Assembly: GCA_022711115.1 (NCBI GenBank)
Contig: JAKLFP010000004.1
Span: forward strand, 112,648 to 176,647
From: Candidatus Omnitrophota bacterium
Lineage (GTDB): Bacteria; Omnitrophota; Omnitrophia; Omnitrophales; Aquincolibacteriaceae
Reading direction: 5' to 3'
Length of the DNA stretch: 64,000 bases
Of this stretch, positions 30,174 to 39,018 are shown piece after piece. Position numbers and translations under genes: made by a program. Position 1 is the stretch's first letter; every line of letters starts with the position of its first letter. The notes beneath the pieces are model-generated. The model was not told the origin of the DNA. It did not search any database and was given only the letters and a program-made list of their open reading frames with translations.

Positions 30174-30547
30174 AGCAACAACACGCTGCGCTAAAGGGCG
30201 TTGGCGTTGATCTCATTTCCTGCTTGCGAATCAAACAATTCCTAGCGCGTCATGGTGATTATGTTCGTGCGCGATTTCTGAATGCCTCCGAACGCCGTTC
30301 TTTCAAGCGATTGTCTTTACAGAACTTTGCCGAACTTTTTACGGCGAAGGAGGCTTTCTTTAAAGCCTGCGGGGAAGCATGGATGGGGCTTGAGGGGTTT
30401 CAGGGTATGCGCATGAAACGGCGGAGTGGTGATTTTTTTGAAATGGAATGGCGTCCCGCCAGACACTCAAAAGTGATTTATCGCGGAGAAGGCCATTTTT
30501 TCCGTAGCGGTGATCTTGTCGGCGCGCAAGCGATGATCTGGAAATAA
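30161..30547 (+). CDS. AcpS-type 4'-phosphopantetheinyl transferase (holo-ACP synthase-like)
   Basis: GVGVDLISCLRI (compare AcpS GIGTDIVEI.R) and KEAFFKA (compare KEAVSKA). 128 aa. Confidence 0.6.
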   Translation: MLLVKQQHAALKGVGVDLISCLRIKQFLARHGDYVRARFLNASERRSFKRLSLQNFAELFTAKEAFFKACGEAWMGLEGFQGMRMKRRSGDFFEMEWRPARHSKVIYRGEGHFFRSGDLVGAQAMIWK

Positions 30548-30548
30548 T

Positions 30549-30986
30549 ATGCGCTGGCTTCTTCTGGATAAAGTCCTCTCGATTCACAAAGGTAAAAAAG
30601 CGATTGCCTCTTCTAAAGTTCCCCAGGCTCCTTATAGTTCCGAGATCCTCCTTGTCGAAATGATGGCACAAGCCGGTGGTTTGCTTGTGGGTGCCGAGAG
30701 CGATTATCAGAAAGATCTTATTTTTGCCAAAATCGAAAATGTGACTTTTACGGAAATGCCGAAATCCGGGACGCCGATTCAAATCGAAACTTGGGCCGAC
30801 GGCCTTGGCCCGGACGGCGGTTGGTTGGAAGGCCATGTGACTTGTGCGGAGGGGGTTTTGGCTAAAGGAAAATTTCTGCTGATGACCGTGGGGCGCCTTA
30901 TCCCTGAGCACGCGAGTTCCATTACGTTTCATGAGGCTTTTATGAATTATTTCAAAGTTCGTGAAAAAATTTTTGTGGAATCATGA
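30549..30986 (+). CDS. second hot-dog fold dehydratase-like protein
   Basis: 145 aa. LLVEMMAQAGGLL core typical of FabA/FabZ/ApeI-like hot-dog proteins. Confidence 0.5.
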   Translation: MRWLLLDKVLSIHKGKKAIASSKVPQAPYSSEILLVEMMAQAGGLLVGAESDYQKDLIFAKIENVTFTEMPKSGTPIQIETWADGLGPDGGWLEGHVTCAEGVLAKGKFLLMTVGRLIPEHASSITFHEAFMNYFKVREKIFVES

Positions 30987-32269
30987 GCGCGAAACGCCGG
31001 GTGGTTATCGCGGGATTGGGCGCTATTACGGCCTGTGGCAAAGGGTGGGAGCCTTATTGGAATGCCGCGATTCAAGGTCGCTCTGCCATTGTCAGTGCCA
31101 AACCGCTCAACCTCGGCAACTTTCCGTTTAAAAATGCCGGCATGATTCCTGATTTTGACGCGAAGGAATTCGTTGAGAATCGAAAATCGATCAAGGTGAT
31201 GTCGCGAGAAATTCAGCTGGCTGTGGGGGCCAGCCGTCTGGCTCTTCGGGATGCGAAACTTTCTCCGGAGAATTACGATCCGACGCGCATTGGAGTGACT
31301 CTCGGAACCGGGATCATCAATAATGATCTCGATGAGATCGGTATCGGTTTTCGGAATAGTTTGGATGAATCCGGGCATTTTTCCATGAATAAATTCGGAC
31401 AGGAAGGTATCCGGTCGCTTTTCCCTCTTTGGTTTTTGAAATATCTTCCGAACATGCCTGCTTGTCATGTTTCGATGGTGAACCAGCTTCGCGGTCCGAA
31501 CAACACCGTGACAACTTCTTCTGCGGCAAGCACCCAAGCGATCGGAGAAGCCTATCATGTGATTGAACGAGGTGATGCGGATGTGATGCTCGCGGGAGGG
31601 ACGGATTCTAAGCTCAATGCCATGGGCATTTCCCGGTTGCACCTTCTCGGATTTTTGTCTCAGCATGAAGATGCCCCCGAGAAAGTTTATTGCCCCTTTG
31701 ATGAAAAGCATGATGGGATTGTACTCGGAGAAGGTGCGGGCATTATGGTGCTGGAGTCTTTGGAAAGTGCGAAAAGGCGCGGGGCGAATATTTATGCCGA
31801 AATCATTGGCTATGGTTCTTCTTCGGATTTTAATTATGACCCGCGCGATGCGGATGATTTTACGGGCAAGCGTGTAGCCATCCGGCGAGCCCTTGAAGAT
31901 GCCGGACTTGAGCCCGAGGACGTGAATGTGATCGTTGCAAACGGAAGCGGGATCCCCCAGGAGGATGTCCAGGAATCGCTTGCGATCCAATCTTTTTACG
32001 GACAAACTTTCGGAAAGCTTCAAGTCACCGCAGTGAAACCTGTGACAGGGCATCTGGTCTATGGGTCAGGGAGTGTGGAGGCAATGGTCGCTGCCTTAAC
32101 CACCAAGAAAAAACTGATCCCTCCGGTCATCAATCTTGTAAAGCCGGATTCGAATTGCCCATTGCCTTTTGTTATCGGGAAGACAAAATCCTGTGAAGTG
32201 AAGGTAGCGGTTATCAATACATTCGGTTTTGGCGGGCAAAATGCATCCTTGGTGTTTCAACATGTCTAA
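30983..32269 (+). CDS. ketosynthase-like chain-length-factor partner (KS-beta, non-canonical active site)
   Basis: Thiolase fold. At the FabF ATACTSG position it has TTSSAAS (Cys to Ser). HGTGT is replaced by ANGSG. Second His retained (GHLVYGSGSVE). Confidence 0.75.
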   Translation: MSAKRRVVIAGLGAITACGKGWEPYWNAAIQGRSAIVSAKPLNLGNFPFKNAGMIPDFDAKEFVENRKSIKVMSREIQLAVGASRLALRDAKLSPENYDPTRIGVTLGTGIINNDLDEIGIGFRNSLDESGHFSMNKFGQEGIRSLFPLWFLKYLPNMPACHVSMVNQLRGPNNTVTTSSAASTQAIGEAYHVIERGDADVMLAGGTDSKLNAMGISRLHLLGFLSQHEDAPEKVYCPFDEKHDGIVLGEGAGIMVLESLESAKRRGANIYAEIIGYGSSSDFNYDPRDADDFTGKRVAIRRALEDAGLEPEDVNVIVANGSGIPQEDVQESLAIQSFYGQTFGKLQVTAVKPVTGHLVYGSGSVEAMVAALTTKKKLIPPVINLVKPDSNCPLPFVIGKTKSCEVKVAVINTFGFGGQNASLVFQHV

Positions 32270-33560
32270 GCGACGCGTGGTTGTGACAGGTATGGGTGCT
32301 GTGACGCCATTGGGCAACAATCTCAAGGATACTTGGCTGCGTATCACGCAGGGAAAATCCGGGATAGGTCCGATCACGCTTTTTGACGCAAGCCGTTTTC
32401 CGACGCGAATCGCGGGAGAGGTGAAAGGATTTCCTTTCGAGAAGTGGGTGGAGCACGACCCGCCGCTTGCTTGCGCGACACGAAGCACATTTTTCGCGCT
32501 TCAAGCCGCTGCGGAAGCTTATAAAGACGCCGGGCTCAGGCCTTTTTGTGTGAATCCGAACCGTTTTGGCATTTATTTCGGGGCGGGGGACAGCGGTATT
32601 GATTTCGAACCTTTTCTAAAAACTCTTTTACCGTCTTTTACGACAAGTGGCAGCGAAATTATTGATAAAGAAAAATATCTGGTGAATTCCAGTCAGCATA
32701 TGAGCGCTCTCCGTGAATTGGAAAGCCAGCCTTTTATGACCGTGACCCACCTGACGCGTCTTTTCGATATCCGGGGACCTGTTTCTAATTGTCTGACAGC
32801 TTGCGCGGCATCTTCCCAAGCGATTGGCGAAGCTTTTGAATGGCTCAGGCGCGGGGATGCAGATGTGATCATGGCCGGAGGAACGCATTCCATGATCTAT
32901 CCGATGGGAGTGGCGGGTTTCAGTTTGTTGACGGCGCTTTCCACGCGCAATGATGCGCCGGAAAAGGCATCCCGGCCTTTTGATAAAAAACGTAATGGTT
33001 TTGTAATCGGTGAAGGTTCCGGTGTTTTAATTCTTGAGGATTTGGATCATGCGCTCCATCGTCAGGCCCAGATTTACGGTGAAATCGTGGGGTATGGTTC
33101 CACTGCCGATGCTTACCGGCTTACGGATATGGACCCGGAAGGCAAGGGAGCTTCCCGGGCTATGGAGATTGCACTTGAAAAAGGCGGGCTTGGGCCTGAG
33201 AATGTGGACTATATCAATGCGCATGGCACATCAACGGTAGTGAATGATTCTCTCGAAACGTTGGTGATCAAAAAAGTGATGAAAGAATATGCGCCGAAGA
33301 TCCCGGTCAGCTCGACAAAATCCATGTTAGGCCATATGATCGCAGCGGCGGGGGGCGTGGAAGCGGCGTTTTGCTTTTTAGCGATGCGCGACTCAATCCT
33401 TCCGCCGACCATCAACTACGAAGAACCGGATCCCGATTGCGATCTGGATTATGTTCCCAATATGGCACGGCGTGCGGAAATTGCTGTGACACTGTCGAAC
33501 TCTTTTGGATTCGGCGGACAGAATATTTGTTTAGCGATGAGGAAATACAATGGCAAATAA
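32262..33560 (+). CDS. beta-ketoacyl-ACP synthase (KS-alpha, FabF/FabB-like)
   Basis: Active-site Cys in LTACAASSQAIGEA. HGTST present. Second His GHMIAAAGGVEA. Start ATG 32262 overlaps the CLF stop (ATGTCTAA). Confidence 0.85.
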   Translation: MSKRRVVVTGMGAVTPLGNNLKDTWLRITQGKSGIGPITLFDASRFPTRIAGEVKGFPFEKWVEHDPPLACATRSTFFALQAAAEAYKDAGLRPFCVNPNRFGIYFGAGDSGIDFEPFLKTLLPSFTTSGSEIIDKEKYLVNSSQHMSALRELESQPFMTVTHLTRLFDIRGPVSNCLTACAASSQAIGEAFEWLRRGDADVIMAGGTHSMIYPMGVAGFSLLTALSTRNDAPEKASRPFDKKRNGFVIGEGSGVLILEDLDHALHRQAQIYGEIVGYGSTADAYRLTDMDPEGKGASRAMEIALEKGGLGPENVDYINAHGTSTVVNDSLETLVIKKVMKEYAPKIPVSSTKSMLGHMIAAAGGVEAAFCFLAMRDSILPPTINYEEPDPDCDLDYVPNMARRAEIAVTLSNSFGFGGQNICLAMRKYNGK

Positions 33561-34644
33561 ATTGATTTTTATGACTGGTGCAACCGGAGTTCTCGGTCAA
33601 GACCTGATCAAAGAACTTCTTGAAACGACAGATGCGGATATCGCGATCCTTGCGCGTGCGAAAAACAGAAAATCTCATGATGAACGCGTTAGAAAGATTC
33701 TCAAATCAATCGGATTGGATGCTCATATGGGAAAGCGCATCCGTGTTGTGGAAGGTGATGTGACGCAGCATAAGTTCGGGATTACCAAAGAAAATCTTGC
33801 CTTTCTCGAAAAAGAAGCAAAGGTTTTTTATCATATTGCTGCGCTTACGGCGCTCAACGGTACCGAGAAGGAGTGCCAGCAAATCAATGTGGGGGGCACG
33901 CAGCACGCACTGGAACTGGCATGGGATCTTCGCAAGAAAGGCAAGCTGGAGCGGTTCGTTTATTTCAGTACCGCATTCGTGGCCGGCAGTGTCTGGCAAC
34001 ATTGTTCGAAGGAGGATGAATTGCCGGAAAAACCGAAGTTTGCAAATTACTATGAATCCAGCAAGTACCAGGCTGAAAGCAGGGTTCGCGAATCCATGGC
34101 GAAAGGGTTGCCGGTGACGATCATCCGGCCGAGTATTGTGGTCGGACATTCCGAGACCGGTGAAGTTTCGGATTTTAACGTGATCTATCCGTTTTTTAAA
34201 TTGTTCGCTCACGGGGCCATTTCAAAATTACCGACGCATGTTGAAAACACATTTAATATTGTCCCCATTGATTTTGTGATTAAGGCAACGGCCACGATCG
34301 TAAAAAATCCTAAAAGCATCAATAAAACCTTTCATTTAGTATCTCCTCATCCTCCTTCGATCGGCATGCTTTTGAAACTGGCAAAAGATGAATACCCGAA
34401 AGTGCCATCGATCGAAGTGATGGATATCAAGGATTTTCAAAAAACAAAATTGAACGCGCAGGAACAAATGGTTTTTACGATTATGGAGCCTTATCTCGGC
34501 TACTTGAACGGGGACCTGACCTTTGACATGAGTAATACCCGGGAGATTCTTCGCGGGACTAAGGTTTTACTTCCAAAGACCGATTATAAATTTCTTAAGA
34601 CAATGATTCATTATGCTGTGAAAGCGGGCTATCTAGTCATCTGA
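33550..34644 (+). CDS. stand-alone thioester reductase domain protein (NAD_binding_4 / fatty acyl reductase-like)
   Basis: FMTGATGVLGQDL (GxTGxxG). YYESSKYQAESRV (YxxSKxxAE). Length and motif spacing match terminal R domains. Confidence 0.75.
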   Translation: MANKLIFMTGATGVLGQDLIKELLETTDADIAILARAKNRKSHDERVRKILKSIGLDAHMGKRIRVVEGDVTQHKFGITKENLAFLEKEAKVFYHIAALTALNGTEKECQQINVGGTQHALELAWDLRKKGKLERFVYFSTAFVAGSVWQHCSKEDELPEKPKFANYYESSKYQAESRVRESMAKGLPVTIIRPSIVVGHSETGEVSDFNVIYPFFKLFAHGAISKLPTHVENTFNIVPIDFVIKATATIVKNPKSINKTFHLVSPHPPSIGMLLKLAKDEYPKVPSIEVMDIKDFQKTKLNAQEQMVFTIMEPYLGYLNGDLTFDMSNTREILRGTKVLLPKTDYKFLKTMIHYAVKAGYLVI

Positions 34645-34673
34645 TTTTTTGGCCCATAACGGAGGTAGGTGCG

Positions 34674-35033
34674 ATGAAAAAAACAATGATGTCGATTTTG
34701 CTTCTGGCGATTTTCGGAATGTTCACTTCTTTTGCGATGGCGGAGTCTTCTTATGATCTGGATCCGGCGTCTCCGGTTGAGCAATTGGATGATACGGTTT
34801 CCAGCAATGCCCCTGCGGCTACGGTGAGCGATACGATGAATGCCGAGGACACGACAGTTCAGAGTGAAGTGGAGAAGAAGGAAAAGAAAGAGAAAAAAGA
34901 GAAGAAAGAAAAAAAAGGAAAAAAGAAAGAAACAAAGAAAAAAGCCAAATCCGCCAAGAAGAGCATGAAAAAAGCCGGCAATACCGGTATGAGCGCGAAG
35001 GCACATAAGGCGAAAAAGCAACAGGTTCAATAA
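34674..35033 (+). CDS. secreted lysine-rich low-complexity protein
   Basis: Sec signal (…SFAMA-ESS), acidic middle, then KEKKEKKEKKEKKGKKKETKKKAKSAKK tail. Last gene of the operon before a strong terminator. Confidence 0.5.
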   Translation: MKKTMMSILLLAIFGMFTSFAMAESSYDLDPASPVEQLDDTVSSNAPAATVSDTMNAEDTTVQSEVEKKEKKEKKEKKEKKGKKKETKKKAKSAKKSMKKAGNTGMSAKAHKAKKQQVQ

Positions 35034-35056
35034 GATAAGACAGTTTAATTTTATGA

Positions 35057-35099
35057 GAGGCGTTGTTTCAAGCGTTTGCTTGGAGCAACGCCTTTTTTT
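35057..35099. terminator. rho-independent terminator (bidirectional position)
   Basis: GGCGTTG-20 nt-CAACGCC followed by TTTTTTTG. Sits between convergent genes. Confidence 0.8.
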
Positions 35100-35102
35100 G
35101 AT

Positions 35103-36335
35103 TTAACGCCAATGGGTGGGGCGCTTTAGGATCGCCATTTGCAAGGCATCCAAAAGGATCATGAAGAGGATCAGGGCTGCGAAGGGATGAAGAAAGGCGT
35201 AAGCTTTTTTTGCTTTGACGATACTGTAAGCCTTCCATGCGGTGGCGAACATAATTCCCAGAATCGCGAGGGTAAGAACCATGGGAACAGAAAGGGCAGT
35301 TGTTTTGGCGAGTAAGCAGATGAATGCGATGAAGGGAAAGACAGAAAAAAAGAAGACGCTTAAAGCACATCTCAAAAGAGGCAACGGTTTTTGCTCAAAA
35401 CCATGGAGAAAGATTCTTCGCCAGCCTCGCCAGATCGAGCCATAGGAGTCATACATTCGAGTGCCGTAAATATCCATCCCAAAGGCACAGATTCCGCGGG
35501 CGCCTATTTTTTTGGTTTTCTTCATAAGAGCAAAATCCTCCAGAAATGCTTCTTTAACGGAAGCGTGGCCGCCCATTTTTTGATAATGCTCCTTACGAAT
35601 GAGCATGTATTGTCCGTTGCCGAAGTAAACCCTGGATTTCGGATCATTGATCTTTTGAACCGGAAACCACAAGCCGGTATAGCCCATGGCGCATGGCTGC
35701 ATTAAAAATTCCCAGAAACTGTCCGCCAGGCAGCGCGGAAGAAGCGTTAAAAGATCCACCCCATTTTTTTCCGCGAAGGCAACTGCCGCAGTCACGCTTC
35801 CGGGTTGGTGGCGTGTGTCCGCATCCGTAAAAAGGAGCCAGTCGCCCCCAGCGTAATAGATGCCGAGATGAAGTGCGAAGTTCTTGCCGGTCCAGCCGCC
35901 GGGCGTCTGCGGCGTGTTCAGGTATTTAAGCCGGATATTCGGATCTGTTGGGAGATCACCCAAAGCAATTTGTTGTGCGCCGAGAGATTTCAAAATATCT
36001 TCGGTCTTATCCTGGGAACAATTATTAATGACAAGGATCTCGTCTCCGTCATGCAATTGAGGCAGGAGAGATTGAACACAATCTCCGATATTTTTTTCTT
36101 CATTTTTGGCCGGAATTAAAACCGTAACTTTCCCAACGCGGGGTTCCTGGTCCTGACAAGTGAGCCTGGGAGCCTGTTTGAGCTCCGAGAGGGCACGCCA
36201 GCTTCGATAGACCCATCCGGCAAGAATGATGAGGAACACTAAGGATGAAAGGAGTCGTAACGTTTCCATATTATTTGGAATCATAACATAAAGGTCAAAC
36301 AGACAAAGCAAAATATCCGTAAACAACGAAGTCAT
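35103..36335 (-). CDS. membrane-anchored GT2-family glycosyltransferase (DPM1/ALG5/GtrB-like catalytic core, HpnI-like topology)
   Basis: N-terminal TM pair. VLIPAKNEEKNIGDC...ILVINNCSQD. DAD motif FTDADTRH. C-terminal TM helices with SIWRGWRRIF ((Q/R)xxRW-like). Confidence 0.75.
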   Translation of the reverse strand: MTSLFTDILLCLFDLYVMIPNNMETLRLLSSLVFLIILAGWVYRSWRALSELKQAPRLTCQDQEPRVGKVTVLIPAKNEEKNIGDCVQSLLPQLHDGDEILVINNCSQDKTEDILKSLGAQQIALGDLPTDPNIRLKYLNTPQTPGGWTGKNFALHLGIYYAGGDWLLFTDADTRHQPGSVTAAVAFAEKNGVDLLTLLPRCLADSFWEFLMQPCAMGYTGLWFPVQKINDPKSRVYFGNGQYMLIRKEHYQKMGGHASVKEAFLEDFALMKKTKKIGARGICAFGMDIYGTRMYDSYGSIWRGWRRIFLHGFEQKPLPLLRCALSVFFFSVFPFIAFICLLAKTTALSVPMVLTLAILGIMFATAWKAYSIVKAKKAYAFLHPFAALILFMILLDALQMAILKRPTHWR

Positions 36336-36540
36336 TAAGCTCTTAGAATGTTATGTCGAATTATTATGCGGATTGAAAGCAGATGACAGGGAGGATTCCC
36401 GCTTTCATGCTTAATCCGTTGGCAGATGGTTTCTTTATCTTTCTATTGACGATCAAAATGGTCGGAATTATAGTTTTTCAGCTTTATCATGATCAGCATA
36501 GTGGGACTTAAACAAATATTCCAAAGAAAGCCGAAATCGC

Positions 36541-37353
36541 ATGGAACGAAAAATATTAGTTGTGGATGATGAGCCGGATATTGTCGAACTCATTGAGGCA
36601 GTGCTCAATGAGCATGGGTTCGAAGTCTTTACAGCCCATAACGGCAAGGACGCTCTTGAGGTTGCCAGGCGTGAAAAGCCGGATCTGATCATTTCCGATA
36701 TTTGTATGCCGGGTCTTTCCGGATATGAATTTTGGAAGGCCCTCAAGGACCTCAAGCTTGGGAATGCGGGTGAGATTCCCGTGCTCATTATTTCCGCGCA
36801 TGGCGACATGCAATCCTTTTTTGATTCTTGGGGCATTTGTGGTTTTCTTGCCAAACCTTTTAATGAACAGGAGTTGATGGTAAAAGTCCTAGAAGTTATC
36901 GGCCCGGAGGCAGAAAAAAAAGCGGAAATGATGGAAAAAATCGCGAAAAGAAAGAAGATCCTTATTCGCAGCATTCAAGATTTTTCGGTTAAAAAGCTTA
37001 CCTCCTTTTTGGAATCTCAAGGACATACGGTGATGCATGCCTATGATGAAAATGAAACGATCGCCGTGGCCCAGAAGTTTTTACCCGATTTTGTTTTCAA
37101 TCAATATTTGGAAGATACGCCGGCGTCTGATAGCGAGAAAATTTTAGAGGGACTTGCCGCGATTACTCCTCCCCAAAAAATCGAATATGCGGTTTTTTGT
37201 CTGGAACCTCTTACGGTGGAGGCAAAGAAAAACGTTCCGGAACCTCATCCCGTCTTCAGTTATGTCAATTCCGAATGGCTCATTCATATGGTAGAGCGTT
37301 TTATCGCGCAGCAAGGCGAAAAAAAAGACGTTTCAGAAGAAAAAAATAAGTGA
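36541..37353 (+). CDS. response regulator, receiver domain only (second half is a degenerate REC-like domain)
   Basis: ILVVDDEPDIVELIEAV...PDLIISDICMPGLSGYEF...LISAHGD is a canonical CheY-like REC. No DNA-binding output domain. Confidence 0.7.
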   Translation: MERKILVVDDEPDIVELIEAVLNEHGFEVFTAHNGKDALEVARREKPDLIISDICMPGLSGYEFWKALKDLKLGNAGEIPVLIISAHGDMQSFFDSWGICGFLAKPFNEQELMVKVLEVIGPEAEKKAEMMEKIAKRKKILIRSIQDFSVKKLTSFLESQGHTVMHAYDENETIAVAQKFLPDFVFNQYLEDTPASDSEKILEGLAAITPPQKIEYAVFCLEPLTVEAKKNVPEPHPVFSYVNSEWLIHMVERFIAQQGEKKDVSEEKNK

Positions 37354-37498
37354 TCCTTAAAATTCCCCTTGGCTGCGCGACTTTCTTTCAGGATATCGTG
37401 TTTATTAACCGAAAGCCCAAGCGGCAAAAAGCCATCGATCAGTTTCGAGGATGTTTTTTAAATTGAAACCGAATTTTTAAAATAAACGGTAAAGGGAC

Positions 37499-38248
37499 AT
37501 GAGAACCGAACAAGATCTTTACGTGGAAACGGGATACCGTATCTTGCATGAAGACGACTTTTTTTTCGTCGTAGATAAGCCTTCGCCGCTGCCCGTGCAT
37601 CCGGTGGGACGTTTTAAGGAAAAAAACCTGCTAAGCCTTCTTAAAAGAGATTTGGTTTCATGTCGCGGGGAGTTGCGGATCGTGAACCGTCTTGATTCTG
37701 AGACGAGCGGTCTTGTGATGGTCGCGAAGTCAAGTTCTGTTGCCGGGAAATTGGGAATTCTTTTTGAAAGAAGACAAGTGAGGAAGGAGTATTATACCGT
37801 AGTTTTCGGTGTGCCGATAGAAAAGGAAGGGACGATCGCAATGTCTCTCGGGACCAAGATCGAGAGGGGGCACAATATCCGAATGCCGGATCCCGACGGG
37901 GAAAAGGCTCAGACGGATTTTCAAGTTCTAAGGAGTTTTGGCGATTATTCCTTACTCAAAGTGATCCCGCGGACAGGGCGGACGCATCAAATCCGGGCCC
38001 ATCTTGCGTACTTGGGGCATCCGGTCGTCGGAGACAAAGTCTACATTGATGCAGCGATCTTTGAACGTTACATTCATGACGGTTGGCAGGAGGACATGCG
38101 GTCTGTGGTCAAAGCTGAAAGGCTTCTTTTACACGCCTCTTTGCTGGCATTCCAACATCCCGTCACCGGTGAAGACCTGAAATTTACGGCTGAGATTCCA
38201 CCTTGTTTTGATGTATTTTTGGATCAAGCAATGAGCCGAATTGCATAA
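37499..38248 (+). CDS. RluA-family pseudouridine synthase
   Basis: HRLDSETSGLVMVAK catalytic Asp motif. GRTHQIRAHLA motif III. Confidence 0.85.
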   Translation: MRTEQDLYVETGYRILHEDDFFFVVDKPSPLPVHPVGRFKEKNLLSLLKRDLVSCRGELRIVNRLDSETSGLVMVAKSSSVAGKLGILFERRQVRKEYYTVVFGVPIEKEGTIAMSLGTKIERGHNIRMPDPDGEKAQTDFQVLRSFGDYSLLKVIPRTGRTHQIRAHLAYLGHPVVGDKVYIDAAIFERYIHDGWQEDMRSVVKAERLLLHASLLAFQHPVTGEDLKFTAEIPPCFDVFLDQAMSRIA

Positions 38249-38340
38249 GCTGTCAAGAAAGTCAACGGCCAGACGGTCTTGCATTGCTGCTTGTTCAAAT
38301 GGGTTAAAGTCGGCCTTTTGGGGGAGGCGAAGTCAGAAAA

Positions 38341-38754
38341 TTGATGAATGAGAAAACGAAAATATTTTTCCGGTTCTGGATGCCCGTTTTTTTGTGGATG
38401 ACGTTTATTTTTTTTCTGTCGTCATTTCAAGGTTCGGAGATTCTTGATTTGCCCATTCCTTTTTTTCATAAGGTCGTCCATTTTTTTGAATACTCAATTC
38501 TCGGAATCCTATGGCTCCGGCTTCTTGGGTATCGGCGAGACAAGCGAGGTGTTTTTGGGGCCTCCGTTTTTGCGCTGATCCTGACCTCTGGTTTTGCCAT
38601 GACCGATGAATGGCACCAAACATTTGTACCCGGAAGATCCGGCAGTATCGAGGATGTTGGCTGGGATATGATTTGTGCTTTTATGGGTATTTTTCTATAT
38701 GCGCTAGACAGGTTTTTTTGTATCTTTCAAAAAGCAAATGACATGACTACATAA
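38341..38754 (+). CDS. VanZ-like family membrane protein
   Basis: DEWHQTFVPGRSGSIEDVGWD matches the VanZ signature (DExHQ.F.PGR......D). Four TM helices. Confidence 0.6.
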   Translation: MMNEKTKIFFRFWMPVFLWMTFIFFLSSFQGSEILDLPIPFFHKVVHFFEYSILGILWLRLLGYRRDKRGVFGASVFALILTSGFAMTDEWHQTFVPGRSGSIEDVGWDMICAFMGIFLYALDRFFCIFQKANDMTT

Positions 38755-39018
38755 AATGTGCCATTTTTAGTATATCAATGCTGCCAATGGTTTATTGTAT
38801 AGGATGATGCCTGCGTTTCATTGACCCCGTTAGAAAACTAACATATAATAGTTATTCTAAATATCTTAAACCATTGAGCAATAAGGAATAAGGATCACTA
38901 TCGCCTTTTTTGTCTTCCTGAGCAAAGCGGAAAATCTGAAATAAAGATCCCACGAGAGCCAGAAGAGAGAACAATCTCGAAATTAACAGGCGACTGTTGG
39001 AATAAGGGTGAAATATCA

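Noticed and set aside
30947-32053. 368-aa minus-strand ORF across the KS/CLF genes
   Set aside because: Antisense to two genes with intact thiolase-fold motifs. No features of its own.
34819-35033. Purine-rich (GAA/AAG) tract that could be read as a microsatellite or a minus-strand ORF (34629-35030)
   Set aside because: It is the coding sequence of the Lys/Glu-rich tail of the 34674 protein. The minus-strand ORF is a poly-F/L shadow.
38755-39018. 260-bp leader upstream of lysS, checked for a T-box or lysine riboswitch
   Set aside because: No T-box consensus (AATTAGGGTGGNACCGCG) and no recognizable L-box helices by eye. Likely an ordinary promoter region.
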